Virus record (IMG/VR): IMGVR_UViG_3300027906_004537
Span: 1 to 56,977 of that record
From: a virus
Taxonomy: Duplodnaviria; Caudoviricetes
Reading direction: 5' to 3' (one strand)
DNA length: 56,977 bases
Positions 54,898-56,977 of the stretch are shown here, piece by piece. The first letter of the stretch is position 1, and each line of letters begins with the position of its first letter. The notes under the pieces were generated by a model. The model was not told the DNA's origin. It saw only the letters and a list, made by a program, of their open reading frames with translations, and did not search any database. The position numbers and the translations under genes were made by a program.

Positions 54898-55515
54898 ATG
54901 TCCGAACTCTATTACCTGCAAGACAGCCGAAGCTATACCGGCGATTGCCTTTCATTTTGGGGCCTTGGCGGCTCTGGCTATTACTCCGGATTGGAGCGTT
55001 GCCAGCAGTACACCAAGGATGCGGCTATGAGGATGCACCAGTCGCGCGAAAGCGACATCCCCCTGCCGGCGAGCTATATCGAACAGCGCTCCTTCAGGGC
55101 GGTTGATTGCCAGCTGATGAAGCCAGAAGAGGCTGAAGGCATTGCGCCGGGTTCGATGGTTTACGTCCAGCAGCCAGGAGACTGGAACGGCAATGATGTG
55201 TATTGGCTCGGCGCTGACGGCCGTTCTGTCAACCTCGACAAAGCCAAGGCCCTGCCGCTGCAACTCGCACAAGAAACCTTCGGGATCAACGACCAGTTCA
55301 AGTTCTGGCCTGTCACCTTCATCGACTCGATAACGCGACGAATAGTGCACCGCCAGGACGTTGACACCAAAGAGGCGCTGCGCGGTACCGGGATCAAGCT
55401 GATAAAGCCAAGGCCACCAGCAAAGCCAAGCTACCGTTGCGAGCCTTGCGGGCGCTTTCTTCGGCAACACGAATTTTACGGAACCTGCCCACATTGCGAT
55501 GCGCAAAACTACTGA
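54898..55515 (+). CDS. Hypothetical protein with C-terminal Zn ribbon
   Basis: YYLQDSRSY.G..L.FW, WNGNDVYW, CEPCGRF..CPHC. Confidence 0.6.
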   Translation: MSELYYLQDSRSYTGDCLSFWGLGGSGYYSGLERCQQYTKDAAMRMHQSRESDIPLPASYIEQRSFRAVDCQLMKPEEAEGIAPGSMVYVQQPGDWNGNDVYWLGADGRSVNLDKAKALPLQLAQETFGINDQFKFWPVTFIDSITRRIVHRQDVDTKEALRGTGIKLIKPRPPAKPSYRCEPCGRFLRQHEFYGTCPHCDAQNY

Positions 55516-55532
55516 GCCGGGAGGCATGACAG

Positions 55533-55748
55533 ATGAGTGCAGCAGAAAAGATCGAGTACCACATCACCCCGGCGCTCTGGTTCCGCGTTGAGCTGCTGGT
55601 GCCTGTTTTTGGCATTACCCCTGACGCTGCCAAGAAGTACCGAGCAGATGGCAAGTGGCTGGAGGGGAAGCACTGGCGAAAAGATCCTGCCAACCGTATC
55701 GTCTACAACCGTGATGCCATTCAAAGCTGGCTGGGAGGTTCGGTGTGA
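55533..55748 (+). CDS. xis: Excisionase
   Basis: Small basic ORF overlapping int; W.EGKHWRK..IVYN..AI..W. Confidence 0.75.
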   Translation: MSAAEKIEYHITPALWFRVELLVPVFGITPDAAKKYRADGKWLEGKHWRKDPANRIVYNRDAIQSWLGGSV

Positions 55749-56977
55749 CAGAGAAAATGCCGCGTGGCGTGGAAATAAACGGCAAGCAGCTGCGGGTCAG
55801 CTTCATGCTGAACGGCCAGCGTTGCCGCGAGCCACTCCCCGGCATCGTCAAAATAAACAAGGCAAGCATCGCCTATGCCGATAACAAGCGGCGCACGATC
55901 CTGGCAGAGATAAAGGAGGGGCGCTTTGACTACGCAGCGCACTTCCCTGAATCGCCCCGCGCGTTGATTTTCTCCGGTCGCGGTGGCAAGCAAGTAAATC
56001 GCACGGTGAGCGAGGGGGTAACCCGCTGGCTGGAGGTGATGAAAGCCAAGAAGGCCGCCAGCACCAGCCGAAACTATGGCCACAAGGCCAAGCACGTCAT
56101 TGATAAGTTCGGCCGGCGCCGCATTGTCGACGTCAGCATGAGCGACCTTGAGCTGTTCCAGGCCGGTCTGCTCAAGACCCTTGCACCAAAAACCGTCAAC
56201 GACGTGTTCACGGTGGTTCGCGGAGTGTGGGGCAATGCTTTTAGTGACGGGATAATCACCAGCAACCCGATGGACCGCATCAAAAACATCGAGCAGGACG
56301 ATAGCGACGACTCAGCGGATCCGTTCAGCCGTGAAGAGATTGCCCGAATCGCCGCGGTATCGACCACCCGAGTGCACGACATCAACATGATCATGTTCTG
56401 GTGCTGGTCTGGCCTGAGTCTGTCTGAGCTGATCGGGTTGGGCTGGGATGACATCGATCTGGACGCCGGCACAGCTATGGTCAAGCGCGCCCGAGTGGAA
56501 TCGATATACAAGGTGCCCAAGGAGAAAAGCCGGGTCCGGAAAATCGACCTCATTGATCCAGCCGTCGAGCACCTGAAGCGGCAGCGCGAGGCAACCTACC
56601 TGCTGCCGCCGGTTCCCGTTGAGATTGTTCAGCGCGACAACGTGAAGCGCAAGAAGGAGGCAATCCGCTTTGTGTTCCGCAACGGATCCAGCGGAATGCC
56701 CTGGAACCCGGCCAGCGTTAATCGCTGGTTCACCGGCATACTGAAGCGAGCGAAGGTCCGGCACCGCGGGCCTAACCAATGCCGCCACACTTTCGCCAGC
56801 CAGGCTCTATCAAGTTACGTGCCGATTGAGTGGGTCGCCAGGCAGCTTGGGCACACCGACACCGGTATGGTGAAGAAGCACTACGGTCGTTGGATTCCCG
56901 AGGACACCAAGAGCATGGCGGGGATGGTTTCGCAGATGATGGGCTTTCGTGACCAGAGCGGCGCTGAAGGGTCTTGA
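55745..56977 (+). CDS. int: Tyrosine integrase with arm-binding N-terminal domain
   Basis: MPRGVE..G..LRV.F..G.RCRE; PKEK, QCRHTFAS, QLGH and KHYG motifs. Confidence 0.92.
   Translation: MTEKMPRGVEINGKQLRVSFMLNGQRCREPLPGIVKINKASIAYADNKRRTILAEIKEGRFDYAAHFPESPRALIFSGRGGKQVNRTVSEGVTRWLEVMKAKKAASTSRNYGHKAKHVIDKFGRRRIVDVSMSDLELFQAGLLKTLAPKTVNDVFTVVRGVWGNAFSDGIITSNPMDRIKNIEQDDSDDSADPFSREEIARIAAVSTTRVHDINMIMFWCWSGLSLSELIGLGWDDIDLDAGTAMVKRARVESIYKVPKEKSRVRKIDLIDPAVEHLKRQREATYLLPPVPVEIVQRDNVKRKKEAIRFVFRNGSSGMPWNPASVNRWFTGILKRAKVRHRGPNQCRHTFASQALSSYVPIEWVARQLGHTDTGMVKKHYGRWIPEDTKSMAGMVSQMMGFRDQSGAEGS

Larger units (their letters stand above)
1..56977. mobile_element. Temperate phage/prophage, F116/H66-like podovirus organisation
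   Basis: Integrase, xis, cI/cro, O/P, lysis, terminase, portal, capsid and ejection genes in lambdoid order; no host genes or att sites visible in the window. Confidence 0.95.

Noticed and set aside
1-56977. Reverse transcriptase/DGR, invertase shufflon, IS elements, att sites
   Set aside because: No RT, serine-recombinase or transposase motifs found by eye; the window ends exactly at gene stops, so att sites are not visible

Overview
The whole window is one temperate phage or prophage of a GC-rich gammaproteobacterium, probably Pseudomonas-like. Its architecture is that of an F116/H66-type podovirus (P22-like portal, N4-gp56-type major capsid, large ejection proteins, no tape measure). The minus strand carries cro, O/P replication genes, nin-type genes, a holin/SAR-lysozyme/Rz/Rz1 cassette, packaging, head, tail and ejection genes, an esterase tail module and a second amidase plus spanin-like pair. 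The plus strand carries cI with accessory genes and the early-left operon (recE/recT, FtsK-gamma, two methyltransferases, J-domain protein, xis, int). An arc/mnt/antirepressor module and several morons interrupt the late region. The most notable signals read from the sequence are: (1) seven promoters with an identical CAGTCACA box in a 16-bp spacer, defining a late regulon in a phage without a recognisable Q; (2) a secreted four-cysteine moron protein whose C-terminus copies the N-terminal repeat of the neighbouring giant ejection protein, a candidate decoy-type superinfection exclusion system; (3) a Nal1-like trypsin protease with a small partner behind cI; (4) a tandem array of structured RNA elements including a tRNA-like unit; (5) a C5 methyltransferase with a nested second-frame subunit. 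Family assignments come from motif recognition by eye, not database searches.
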